A DNA stretch of 43,226 bases from Octopus bimaculoides (GCF_001194135.2 NC_068987.1:9789041-9832266), one strand, 5' to 3'; positions 24,563 through 37,069 are shown, counted from the first letter of the stretch. Notes: generated by a model from the sequence alone, not told the origin. A program made the numbers and translations.

Positions 24563-24697
24563 ATATGATTGTAATAATGAATTGAAAACGAAAAATAATA
24601 CTTTGAATTCATTTCAGGTCCGCATTATATATATATATATATATATATCTGTGTACGTCTTCGTATTTGTGTCCCCCACCAAAAAAANNNNNNNNNN

Positions 24698-24890
24698 ACG
24701 TCTTCGTATTTGTGTCCCCCACCAAAAAAAAAAAAAAACTCAAAAACTCCACTTGACAACCGGTATTAGTGTTTGTACGTCCCCTTAACAAAGCTGTGAG
24801 AGACCAATAAAAAAATACCAAATTCTTTAAAAAATAACGACTAAGCACTTCAAGGTATGATCGCAATCCAATGACTGAAACCAGTAAAGG
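24698..24890 (+). mobile_element. SINE family B 3' module, diverged
   Basis: ACTTGACAACCGG...GTACGTCCCC...AATGACTGAAACCAGTAAA. Confidence 0.7.
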
Positions 24891-25341
24891 GTAAATTTCT
24901 ATAGTTTGTTCCGATTAATTCTACAAATAACGTGAAATCTAAATTCAACAAAGCATCCTTTCAGTCGTATAAATTCACCCTCCCCGCCAAAAACAACGGA
25001 ACAAAACAAAAACACTCAACGCTTAATGACATTATAATGAAACTATCCATTGAACAAGTTTATTTAAGAGAAGCTTTTTACGTAGGGGAATGATATTTTC
25101 CTTTCGGTTTTAGAACAGGGGAAAAAAAATTGACAGCCAAACTTAATGAGACACGTACATCACAGACACGCGCACGCACACACTCACTCACTGACACACA
25201 CACACACACACGCTCAGAGAGATACAAGAGAGCAGGTGGATGTGTGGATGTACGTATACACACACACACATAAATATAGGTATACGCATACACACACATA
25301 TATACTTATAAATGCTTATATATATATGTATACACACACAT

Positions 25342-25375
<34 letters not shown>

Positions 25376-25751
25376 NNNNNNNNNNNNNNNNNNNNNNNNN
25401 NNNNNNNNNNNNNNNNNNNNNNNNNNNNNNNNNNNNNNNNNNNNNNNNNNNNNNNNNNNNNNNNNNNNNNNNNNNNNNNNNNNNNNNNNNNNNNNNNNNN
25501 NNNNNNNNNNNNNNNNNNNNNNNNNNNNNNNNNNNNNNNNNNNNNNNNNNNNNNNNNNNNNNNNNNNNNNNNNNNNNNNNNNNNNNNNNNNNNNNNNNNN
25601 NNNNNNNNNNNNNNNNNNNNNNNNNNNNNNNNNNNNNNNNNNNNNNNNNNNNNNNNNNNNNNNNNNNNNNNNNNNNNNNNNNNNNNNNNNNNNNNNNNNN
25701 NNNNNNNNNNNNNNNNNNNNNNNNNNNNNNNNNNNNNNNNNNNNNNNNNNN

Positions 25752-25784
<33 letters not shown>

Positions 25785-26118
25785 GTGTGTATATATATTT
25801 ATGTATATATATTGCATCTAGACACATACATGCGCTTGTAAGTGTGTATCTGCAGCTTAGAAGAGGAAAAGTCATTAAAATATTTTTCAATGCACTTTTC
25901 GTTCAATTTTCTTATATGCCGTGCACTTGATGCTCTTTTACACATCAACACAATAAGGTTGATAAACAATAAACAACACCAACAAACAACACAAACAGCA
26001 GCAACAACTCAACAACAGTAACAACAACAGCAGAAAAGGACAGAAACTGAAACAGAAAAAGAACAACTAATGGAAATGTGAAATGAATATAAGTTGTTGG
26101 CAAAAAATATTTGTGTTT

Positions 26119-26161
<43 letters not shown>

Positions 26162-26641
26162 CACACATATATGTATATACACATACATATATATACATAT
26201 ATACTTATGAAGAAAATTAATAAGAAATGAAAAAATAGTCAAGTAAATAATTACGATATTGCTAAATATGTATATTTAAAGAAAATATGCGTAAAAAAAA
26301 TTAATACAAAATATTCTACTCTGATTCCTACATTCGTCATCGGCAAATCAAATCTAATTTACCAAAATAAAATTTTGAAATACATTTTGTTTAATTGTTT
26401 GTTTCCCATTTACCAAACTGTGCACACACACACATACACACATACACAAACACACACATGCGCGCGCACACACAGACGCACACACGTTTGCATATACACA
26501 GACATACATATGTATGTATAAATAAATATATTTATTTGTCTAATTGCTCGTTTCCATAGTTTGTCAATGTTTGCATCTCACGCCTTGTTCTTTTGATCAT
26601 CTCCCAAACTGAAATAATTCTTAAAGAGTGCTTCAATGTGT

Positions 26642-26885
26642 GCGGTGAAGATGCCTGACCTTGTGGTTAAGGTGTTGTACTCACGATCCGTACGGTCGTG
26701 TTTTCGAATTCTCGCCTCAGGCTTGCCTTGTTTTCCTTGAGCAAAACGCTTCATTTCAGGTTGTCCCAGTCTCAACAACTGTCAGTGTGTTCCATTAATA
26801 TCTGGGGAGTTAATTCTGTGGTGGACTGGCGTCTTATTCAGGGGAAGGAGGGTTGTAATCTAAGTCATAGAAATTGGGTTAAGAT
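26642..26885 (+). mobile_element. tRNA-derived SINE family F, CORE-like
   Basis: CTTGTGGTTAAGGTGTTGTACTCACGATC...TTTCGAATTC (tRNA-like head), then CCTTGAGCAAAACGCTTCATTTC and GTGGACTGGCGTCTTATTCAGGGG. Confidence 0.7.
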
Positions 26886-26962
26886 CTATTTTAAGAGTTC
26901 TAGGTTTTATGATGGAGCTAAGTCCAAGTAGGTTAATATGTCTAAAATTAAAGCTGAAAACA

Positions 26963-27167
26963 ATTTTGGTTCCATATTTTGACACAAGACCAGCAATTAC
27001 ATCGGTCCCAGTGCTCAACTTGTACAGGGTATATATTTTATGGACACCGAAAGGATGATAGGCAAAGCTGACTTCAGTGGAATTTGAACTCACAATGTAA
27101 AGAAGGACGAAATGCTGTTAAACATTTTTGCGCGGCGTATTAACGGTTCTGCCAACTCAGTGCCTTA
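26963..27167 (-). mobile_element. SINE family A, tail type 3, diverged
   Basis: GACACAAGACCAGCAATT...GAAAGGATGATAGGCAAAG...GGAATTTGAACTCA...GGTTCTGCCAACTC. Confidence 0.8.
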
Positions 27168-27169
27168 TA

Positions 27170-27383
27170 GATTTCAAATTTGGTGCAAGGCCAGCAATTT
27201 CTGAGAAGAAAAGAAGTCGATTATATCGACCCTAGCGCTCAATAGATACTTAATTTATCGACCCCAAAAGGATGAAAAGCAAAGTCGACCTCGTCGGAAT
27301 TTGAACTCAGAACGAATTGACAAACAAAATACTGCTAAGCGTTTTGCCAAGCATGCTAACGATTCTGCCAGCTCAACGCCTTA
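27170..27383 (-). mobile_element. SINE family A, tail type 3
   Basis: GATTTCAAATTTGGTGCAAGGCCAGCAATTT...GTCGACCTCGTCGGAATTTGAACTCAGAACG...TTCTGCCAGCTC. Confidence 0.88.
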
Positions 27384-27723
27384 AAGCTTAAAATAATATT
27401 AAGATAAATAACGTAAATGTGGGATAATAACAGCCCAAAGCACTAAAGTTTCATATGCATCGGTACAAAAACACAGCAGCAAATACAAACGTATATATGG
27501 TCCGTTTAATTGAATACAAGTCCATGTATCAGGTACTTTTGTTATCGACACGAGTAGGTGAAGGGTTAAATTGTACATTTAGGACTCGTCACCCCACCCC
27601 CAAAAAGAGATATTGCAATTCATTTGTCCTTTATCTTTTACATGCACAAAAGAGCAACGTTTGTCAAGTGGTTTGGATGGGCGATAAATATAAACGCGCG
27701 TGCACACACACGCACACACACGC

Positions 27724-27780
<57 letters not shown>

Positions 27781-28265
27781 TATGTACACATGTTTGAGTT
27801 CTATTTTCTTGTTTGCATCACCAAGCTTATATATAATATATAGTATATACTATATATATATGTATATATATATATGTATGCGTATATATGTATATATATG
27901 TATGTATATATATATGTATGTATATATGTATATGCTTACATATGTGTGTGTGTGTGCGTATACATACATATAGACACATATCCATATCCATACATACATG
28001 CATACATACACATATATCTATATGTATGTATCTATATATACAGGATGCGAGCGGTATTTGAGGAGACTATATACATACATATATGTATATATGAATATAT
28101 AGATGTGTGTGTGTGTGTGTGTGTGCATGTATGTACATGCATGTGCGTGTATGTTTGTACAGATTTATACAAACACACGTATATATGATGCTTATTTACA
28201 TGTAGATACATATGTGTGTGTTTGCATGTATAGATTCATATATATATAGATATAAGCACACACAA

Positions 28266-28300
<35 letters not shown>

Positions 28301-29197
28301 ATACATACATGTATATATNNNNNNNNNNNNNNNNNNNNNNNNNNNNNNNNNNNNNNNNNNNNNNNNNNNNNNNNNNNNNNNNNNNNNNNNNNNNNNNNNN
28401 NNNNNNNNNNNNNNNNNNNNNNNNNNNNNNNNNNNNNNNNNNNNNNNNNNNNNNNNNNNNNNNNNNNNNNNNNNNNNNNNNNNNNNNNNNNNNNNNNNNN
28501 NNNNNNNNNNNNNNNNNNNNNNNNNNNNNNNNNNNNNNNNNNNNNNNNNNNNNNNNNNNNNNNNNNNNNNNNNNNNNNNNNNNNNNNNNNNNNNNNNNNN
28601 NNNNNNNNNNNNNNNNNNNNNNNNNNNNNNNNNNNNNNNNNNNNNNNNNNNNNNNNNNNNNNNNNNNNNNNNNNNNNNNNNNNNNNNNNNNNNNNNNNNN
28701 NNNNNNNNNNNNNNNNNNNNNNNNNNNNNNNNNNNNNNNNNNNNNNNNNNNNNNNNNNNNNNNNNNNNNNNNNNNNNNNNNNNNNNNNNNNNNNNNNNNN
28801 NNNNNNNNNNNNNNNNNNNNNNNNNNNNNNNNNNNNNNNNNNNNNNNNNNNNNNNNNNNNNNNNNNNNNNNNNNNNNNNNNNNNNNNNNNNNNNNNNNNN
28901 NNNNNNNNNNNNNNNNNNNNNNNNNNNNNNNNNNNNNNNNNNNNNNNNNNNNNNNNNNNNNNNNNNNNNNNNNNNNNNNNNNNNNNNNNNNNNNNNNNNN
29001 NNNNNNNNNNNNNATATATATATAAAGGATGGTGGATATAAGAGTTAAGCCGGTTGAGGTCACAGTAAAGTGTCTTAGTTTCAACAATTGTGACCTGTAG
29101 TTTTTGAGTGTCGTGTGATGCCAAATGTCCATTTTTACATCATTTCGACGAGGAAACGTTTTTCCGTGTCGTAACGGCTTTACTCATTTGCTCTCTT

Positions 29198-29237
<40 letters not shown>

Positions 29238-30059
29238 GGCTCTTTCTCTGTCTCTTTGTATGTGTTCGCCAGTGTGCTTCCGTGTGCAAACTGTGTGTGC
29301 ATGTGAATGTGTGAGTATGTTAGGCGTTGAGGAAAAAATATCAGAGTTAGATGTTAGCATTTTGTTTCAGGATACGACCTTTACTAAATATGTCTGCTTA
29401 AACAGATTTGACAAATGCTCTGATGCTGACATACATGCATACATACATACAGGAATCAAATGATCCAAACGAATGTGTTCTGTTGAAATAAAATCAGCGT
29501 AGGAGATATGCAAGTTAAACTTAGCTTATCTTCCATTAGGCTTTTCTATGACTTAAGACGTGATGTTGAATATCTAACCATGGAGTTTGGTTCTTACTGG
29601 GAACCAACAGTTTACCGATAGAAATGGAGAACAGACTTTCTGTTGATCCAAGTCGACTTTTATACGATTTTGGGACAAATTACGTTTAGTGTTTCATAGT
29701 TGGCTAACTATGTCTGTACAATAGATGCGCTGGATATACCATATCTATTTGACCCCTGCAAAATTACAGAATTCATGAACTGGACATGTGTAGACCTTGT
29801 CCTCGACAGAACAAATGGTAAATTTACCCCGAGGGGAAATTTAGATGCATATGCACGGACTAGTTTCAATTCTGACTATTGTCAGTTTTACATTTACTAA
29901 ACCTGACGTTTTGTGTCCGACTAGAATGATTGTCTTGGAGACCCAAATGACCAACATTTTCTCATACATTGTCCCCCGGCAAAGTACAAGACTATTCCAC
30001 GAAGGTCTGTCTCCCTTACTTACCAGCATAAATCAATATAAAATTTAACATTAATTATA

Positions 30060-30268
30060 GGGTAGCGAACAAACGAAATTGTTAGCACGTTGGGAAAAAT
30101 GCTAAGCGGCATTTTGTCCGGCTTTACGTTCTAAGTTCAAATTCCTCAGCGTTCGACTTTGCCTTTCATCCTCTGGAGGGTCGTTAAAATGAGTTGCACT
30201 TGAGTCGATGTAATCAACTTACATCCTTCCCACGATTTCTGGCCTTGTTCCAAAATTTGAAACCGATG
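30060..30268 (+). mobile_element. SINE family A, tail type 3
   Basis: GTTAGCACG...GTTCAAATT...GCCTTTCATCC...GGCCTTGTTCCAAAATTTGAAACCG. Confidence 0.8.
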
Positions 30269-30577
30269 TTAATCATTAATAAAATTTTTCAATGCTTAAT
30301 TGTCTTTAATTATCATTTAAAAGCTTCCTTCATGAAACATTTTATCTCTATATTGACATCTCATTGATTAGTAGACGTCATTGACCAATATCACTCGATG
30401 TCTCTACAAGTCCTCTTCCTTTCATTTCCGCTCTGGTTTATTCCCCAAGCCATTAAATAATCCAGGGAAATATGTCCTGTGTATCAAACGTGATACATAG
30501 GAGAGGTAAGTGGTTAAAGAAATATATTTTCTCCTTTGGTGATAAAAGGAAAATTAAGGAAATGTATCCACGGTATA

Positions 30578-31214
30578 GGCGCAGTCCTGGTAGTGTGGTA
30601 AGAAGCTTGGTTCACAACCACATGGTTCCGGTTTCACTCCCACAACATGATACCTTGGGCAAGTGTCTTCCACTTTAGCCTCAGGCCGACCAAAGCCTTG
30701 TGTGTAGATTTGGTTGAAACGTTAGCACGCCGGGCGAAATGCTTAGCGGTATTTCGTCTGCCGCTACGCTCTGAGTTCAAATTCTGCCGAGGTCGACTTT
30801 GTCTTTCATCCTTTCGGGGTCGATTAAATAAGTACCTGCTGCGCACTGGGGTCGATGTAATCGACTTAATCCGTTTGTCTATTCTTGTTTGTCCCCTCTG
30901 TGTGTAGCCCCTTGTGGGCAGTAAAGGAATAAGAAACTGAAAGAAGCCCGTAGTATTTATATATCTATATATGTGTGAGTGTGTGTGTGTGTTTGTGGGT
31001 GAATGTATGTGTGTATGTCTTTGTGTCTGTGTTTGTCTACCACTACCACTTGACAACCGGTGTTTATTTGTTTACGTTCCTGTAACGTAGCGGTTCGATC
31101 GAAGAGACTGATAGAACAAGTATCAGGCTTTACCAAAAAACAAACACTGAGGTCGATTTGATCGACTAAAATTCTTTAAGGTGGTACTCCAGCATGAAAC
31201 AAGTAAAAGATAAC
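30578..31214 (+). mobile_element. SINE family B interrupted by a nested family A copy
   Basis: B head 30578-30715; B resumes at 30933 (GAAACTGAAAGAAGCCC) and continues through its 3' module. Confidence 0.88.
30716..30932 (+). mobile_element. SINE family A, tail type 1, nested inside SINE B
   Basis: GAAACGTTAGCACGCCGGGCG...CCCCTTGTGGGCAGTAAAGGAATAA, well conserved relative to 1-223. Confidence 0.92.
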
Positions 31215-31749
31215 AGAAGGAAAAAAAAAACCATTATAACTAATGAATTTATTTGATACCCGATTCCTAAAAATCGACAACTTACTCATAATATTCAACT
31301 TTTCAAAGAATCGCAGTGTAAAATTTAAAATTCTTAACCCTTCGCCTGTCCAAAACATTTTCATAAGTTTGTCCTAAACGTCCTTTTGTTTTCTGACTGT
31401 TCCTTTCTCTCCTTCTGGAAGAAATCAGGTGTGGCCAGGCCTAGGGAAGGATGGGCTTCACTACTTCTCAAATACCCACCAAGACACACCTTATATCACA
31501 AGGCACCCCTACGATTCCACCAACGGGTAAAGGGCCTATCACATTTTATTGTCTCAACTAAGAGGGGAAATATCCGCTATACTGATCCAATACCAAAATC
31601 AAACACACACACACACACACACCTCACGTGCACACGCACGCACAACTACAATTTCTATTGTAGTATCTTCAACATGGAATAGGTTCCTCATATTGATCAC
31701 TGATTTTCTTTAGCTTATTTGTGTTTTGTTGTTGTTGCTGTAGATGATA

Positions 31750-31872
31750 TTCTTCTTCTTCTTCTTCTTCTTCTTCTTCTTCTTCTTCTTCTTCTTCTTC
31801 TTCTTCTTCTTCTTCTTCTTCTTCTTCTTCTTCTTCTTCTTCTTCTTCTTCTTCTTCTTCTTCTTCTTCTTC
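31750..31872. repeat. (CTT)n microsatellite, about 40 uninterrupted units
   Basis: Direct reading. Confidence 0.98.
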
Positions 31873-32164
31873 AGTTGCATTTCCGTTTAAAAATAGATCC
31901 TTTGATTTCGGTTTAAAACAAAGTCCATGACTGCAAGTACGAAACGCCGCAAAAACAGATAAGCTCGAATCATCGAACCGTTCGATATTGAATAAAAATA
32001 TGTTTTTGAAGTCTAATTGTATGTTAGGAGTGACGTAGAATCTTGTTTCGGAGGAGAAAAAAAAATGTCACCTTTTCCCCCAAATTCTTTAATCACCATC
32101 TTGCTTATTTCTTCGGTAAAAAGATTTATTGTGATGTTTTGAGTTGTATATTTGAAGTTTTATC

Positions 32165-32778
32165 TTTGCAACATACGTACACACAAATATGTACACACTA
32201 ACACACACACGCAAGCGCGCTCACACACACAAGCTCGCTCACACTCGTACACGCGCTCACACAAGAACGAGCACCATCAAAGAACGCGTGCTCACACACA
32301 CAGACGGACAAGCACACCCACACACCCACACACGGGCAAAAACATACGCACGCACACAGACATGTACACATGCGTACACACGCACATACAGTCGCACAAA
32401 ACCATGCAGATACGTGTGTGCGCGCGCGCAATCACACACACACATACACACACACACATACGCACACACACATACACACACACACATACACACACACACA
32501 CACAAACACGCCTGAATATATGCATAAATATGCACACACGCACGCATACGCACACCATGACACGAATACTCACACATATACACGCATATACACACATACA
32601 CATGCACACAAATACACACACGCATACACTCGCACACATGCATACACATCGAAACACGTGCACACACATACCCAGACGCACACACACACACGCACACACA
32701 CATACCCGCGCCCATGCACACGCGCACACACACACGTACACATTCACACGAAATCACACACAGACAGATACACACATA
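32165..32778. repeat. Cryptic CA-rich simple repeat, about 600 bp
   Basis: Direct reading; source of the His/Thr and Cys/Val ORFs. Confidence 0.92.
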
Positions 32779-33919
32779 NNNNNNNNNNNNNNNNNNNNNN
32801 NNNNNNNNNNNNNNNNNNNNNNNNNNNNNNNNNNNNNNNNNNNNNNNNNNNNNNNNNNNNNNNNNNNNNNNNNNNNNNNNNNNNNNNNNNNNNNNNNNNN
32901 NNNNNNNNNNNNNNNNNNNNNNNNNNNNNNNNNNNNNNNNNNNNNNNNNNNNNNNNNNNNNNNNNNNNNNNNNNNNNNNNNNNNNNNNNNNNNNNNNNNN
33001 NNNNNNNNNNNNNNNNNNNNNNNNNNNNNNNNNNNNNNNNNNNNNNNNNNNNNNNNNNNNNNNNNNNNNNNNNNNNNNNNNNNNNNNNNNNNNNNNNNNN
33101 NNNNNNNNNNNNNNNNNNNNNNNNNNNNNNNNNNNNNNNNNNNNNNNNNNNNNNNNNNNNNNNNNNNNNNNNNNNNNNNNNNNNNNNNNNNNNNNNNNNN
33201 NNNNNNNNNNNNNNNNNNNNNNNNNNNNNNNNNNNNNNNNNNNNNACGCATATAGACGCGCACGCACGCACACACACACACAGACACATCAATAAAAAGC
33301 TGACGTTAGTTTCCATTGGTTTCGAATTTCGACAAAATAAAATTAGGAAAATAACAAATTGACAAAGGAAAAAAAAAACACCTGCAAAAAAAACAGCAAA
33401 GCAAAAACACAAAAACATTAAAAAAAAAGAAAAGAAGAAAGAAAAACCAACACAAGACTCCGCTCCTACTATTTTGGCTTGAATTAATCTATTTTCATCT
33501 TCCAATTTCCGTTTGTTTAAATAATCGTTTTTACCTGTAGAGTGGATTAAAGAAATAAACTGCAATGCGAGATTATTCATTCATCAAGAAAGAAAATTCA
33601 ATGAAAAAAAAAGTCATAAAAAAAAAACGAACAACATAAAAAAAAGAACATGATAAATACGGATTAAAGTTCTCTATGGAATAAAATGGTAAAATAAATA
33701 AATCTTAGAACAGAAAGAAGAAAAATCCAAACATACTTCTATATAGTGACCATCACGTCTGATTGTTTTTGTTTGTTTTTGGAATGTCTGAGTGGAGAGA
33801 GGTGTTGTTACCCTTTTGTCTTTTATCTGTATGATGTATGATACACAGGGCATATATCCTTATCATGTAGGCACCATATATTGATTTATTGATTTATTGA
33901 TTTATTGATTTATTGATTT

Positions 33920-34305
33920 CAAACGTTCAGAACGAGAGAACTGGAAACTGTGATGGTCCTCTGGAGTACATATGTTCTCAGCCGGTTAAACTACTGCTTC
34001 CAACTATGGTCACCACACAGTATAAAATTAACAGCGAAAAACGAAGCAATACGGTGAAGCTACACAAAGAAAATTGTCTCAATACAACGTGTCAGCTATT
34101 GGTGAAAGCTGAAAAAGTTAAGACTTTACGAAGGCGGGAAAGTTAAGAACGAAGGCGGGAAAGATATGCAGTGATATACATCTAGAAAATCCTGGAAGGA
34201 CTTGTACCAAACTTTGCAATTGGAAGTTACACGAACAGTAGAACGGAGCGTCACTGTATTGAGCCAAAAGATCCCGACATCGCAATCAAGATACAGAACC
34301 AGATA
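33920..34305 (+). mobile_element. CR1/L2-type LINE, C-terminal part of ORF2 after the RT core, pseudogene
   Basis: TFRTRELETVMVLWSTYVLSRLNYCFQLWSPH...AIR*SYTKKI...SYW*KLKKLRLY/RRRERYAVIYI*KILEGLVPNF matches the CR1-group pattern L-YC-Q-WSP...Y--RL--L-LYSLE-RR-R...KI--G. Confidence 0.85.
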
Positions 34306-35064
34306 TACACATATATNNNNNNNNNNNNNNNNNNNNNNNNNNNNNNNNNNNNNNNNNNNNNNNNNNNNNNNNNNNNNNNNNNNNNNNNNNNNNNNNNNNN
34401 NNNNNNNNNNNNNNNNNNNNNNNNNNNNNNNNNNNNNNNNNNNNNNNNNNNNNNNNNNNNNNNNNNNNNNNNNNNNNNNNNNNNNNNNNNNNNNNNNNNN
34501 NNNNNNNNNNNNNNNNNNNNNNNNNNNNNNNNNNNNNNNNNNNNNNNNNNNNNNNNNNNNNNNNNNNNNNNNNNNNNNNNNNNNNNNNNNNNNNNNNNNN
34601 NNNNNNNNNNNNNNNNNNNNNNNNNNNNNNNNNNNNNNNNNNNNNNNNNNNNNNNNNNNNNNNNNNNNNNNNNNNNNNNNNNNNNNNNNNNNNNNNNNNN
34701 NNNNNNNNNNNNNNNNNNNNNNNNNNNNNNNNNNNNNNNNNNNNNNNNNNNNNNNNNNNNNNNNNNNNNNNNNNNNNNNNNNNNNNNNNNNNNNNNNNNN
34801 NNNNNNNNNNNNNNNNNNNNNNNNNNNNNNNNNNNNNNNNNNNNNNNNNNNNNNNNNNNNNNNNNNNNNNNNNNNNNNNNNNNNNNNNNNNNNNNNNNNN
34901 NNNNNNNNNNNNNNNNNNNNNNNNNNNNNNNNNNNNNNNNNNNNNNNNNNNNNNNNNNNNNNNNNNNNNNNNNNNNNNNNNNNNNNNNNNNNNNNNNNNN
35001 NNNNNNNNNNNNNNNNNNNNNNNNNNNNNNNNNNNNNNNNNNNNNNNNNNGTGCCTATAATAGA

Positions 35065-35113
35065 ATGGGTTACTATTACTACTGTTGCTGCTGCTGCTGC
35101 TGCTGCTGCTACA

Positions 35114-35150
<37 letters not shown>

Positions 35151-35210
35151 ATAATAATAATAATAATGATAATAATAATAATGATAATAATAACAACAAC
35201 AGTAATAATA
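35065..35210. repeat. Compound trinucleotide microsatellite (GCT)n(ACT)n(AAT)n(AAC)n
   Basis: Direct reading. Confidence 0.93.
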
Positions 35211-35819
35211 CTGTTGCCCATTCCTGATATTGTAGGATTTGCTTCGAGCAACCATTCTTAAAACTTTACATTTTATATTTTGTATTTTGTTTAATTGATA
35301 TGTCTTGCTTTATTTTCTAATTTAATCTTAATTTGATATTTCCCCACAATGTAATGCTGTAGAACATACTCCATCAAAACACAGGCTGGATTCCCGATAG
35401 GTTTTAGCTCTGTAAAACTTTAATCACATTGATTCCGTAATCTTCGAATCGAATACCGTTTGCTCTTTATTAGTCTTTGTATGGTTGAGTCCTGCTACTG
35501 TTCTTATTGAAATACCAGTCAATATGTCTCGTTGATTGATTATATGCAATCACATTGTGAGGATAAGACCAGCACCCACCCCCACATCCATACACAACGT
35601 ATAAACATACAGATGCGTGCAAAACCATAAAGACGCATATAAATGCATGCACAGATCTTCATAGACCAACGTATGAACATATATGCATATGTATATATGT
35701 CATTGTTCAATTTTATTCTTATGTATCTATGCATGTATGTATGTACATTCTTACATACCCACCCAGCCACACACATCCATCCATCCATCCATCCATTCAT
35801 CTATCCATACATACATACA

Positions 35820-36341
35820 CAGTGGTGGACTAGCCAGGTTGCCAGCATGCTCGATAGCAAGTGGGCCCCTGCGCCATTAGAATTCACATATGGGCGGGGC
35901 GGGGGACATGCTAGTATCTAAGAGGCCCATCCCCTCAAGTTTGAGAATTTTTTTTATTCAATCCTGGAAGAATGCATTAATTATTTCAGCCTGGCTGTTT
36001 TTGTAGACAATTGAGAAGAATACTTTTAACAAAANNNNNNNNNNNNNNNNNNNNNNNNNNNNNNNNNNNNNNNNNNNNNNNNNNNNNNNNNNNNNNNNNN
36101 NNNNNNNNNNNNNNNNNNNNNNNNNNNNNNNNNNNNNNNNNNNNNNNNNNNNNNNNNNNNNNNNNNNNNNNNNNNNNNNNNNNNNNNNNNNNNNNNNNNN
36201 NNNNNNNNNNNNNNAAAAAAAAAAAAAAAAAAAAAAAAAATTAAATGATAGCATTGTAGTTGCGGGTGACCCCCCTTGTATTGCGGGTGGGCCCCCTTTA
36301 GTCTCCTGGCAACCAATATTTTTAGACCCAGTCCGCCACTG
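35820..36341. mobile_element. Non-autonomous DNA transposon (MITE), probably hAT superfamily
   Basis: TIRs CAGTGGTGGACTA (35820) and CAGTCCGCCACTG (36329-36341), 11/13 match; subterminal GGTTGCCAG/CTGGCAACC; flanks TACATACA and CACATACA give a 7/8 match to an 8-bp TSD. Confidence 0.75.
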
Positions 36342-36364
36342 CACATACATAATACATACATACA

Positions 36365-36596
36365 AAGGAGAATCTGGATAAACTGGGATTTTCAGAAAGA
36401 GAAATCGACCGGCTAATTCGTACATTACAAATGCAATCTGTGAGTGGAACAGTAAAAATATGCAAGACTTTTCTCAAGATCTAAATGTGAATTTGTCTGC
36501 GTTAACTACGTCCCAAATATGGAGCCTTGTATCTTTGTTGGAAACCGGCTCCCTCCTCAGTGGAAGATTTATACTAATTGGAAAAATAGAAGAGAC
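36365..36596 (+). mobile_element. 3' end of an RLE-type (R4/Dong-like) non-LTR retrotransposon
   Basis: 36365-36484 reads KENLDKLGFSEREIDRLIRTLQMQSVSGTVKICKTFLKI*, then a short 3' UTR and (ATAC)n; homologous to 15734-15973. Confidence 0.72.
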
Positions 36597-37069
36597 ATAC
36601 ATACATACATACATACATACATACATACATACATACATACATACATACATTCATGCAGCGGGTAAAACATACAGCAGATGTTTAATCAGATCAATCCAAA
36701 CGTGCCGATCACATAGATCTCGGAGGGACTGCGAAAGCCATGGGAGCAGCTACTTCTTTCAGAATAAACTATTTAATAAACAGACAATTAAATGGGTGGA
36801 TGCAGTCCCCAAGCGGACAGTTAATGCAAGGGAGATAACCATTTCTTCATAATATTTGGCGAGATTTCAAGTTTGAGATTGAAAAATCTATAAATAAGAA
36901 AGAAAATACTTAGAAAATACACATTTAATTATTCAATGTAGTTTTTTCTTTTCCTCACTAATTACTGGAGCAAATAAATAAATAAAATTATCGCGCATTA
37001 ACAACCTACGTCTATTTATATAAGCTTTGTCCTCTCTTTCACTCTCTCCCACTCTCGCTTTCTGTCATA

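Noticed and set aside
24656-24732. Apparent 32-bp direct repeat on both sides of a 10-N gap
   Set aside because: Typical unmerged contig overlap around a homopolymer, so an assembly artefact
31386-31682. 98-aa ORF
   Set aside because: No recognisable domain; ends in a (CA)n translation
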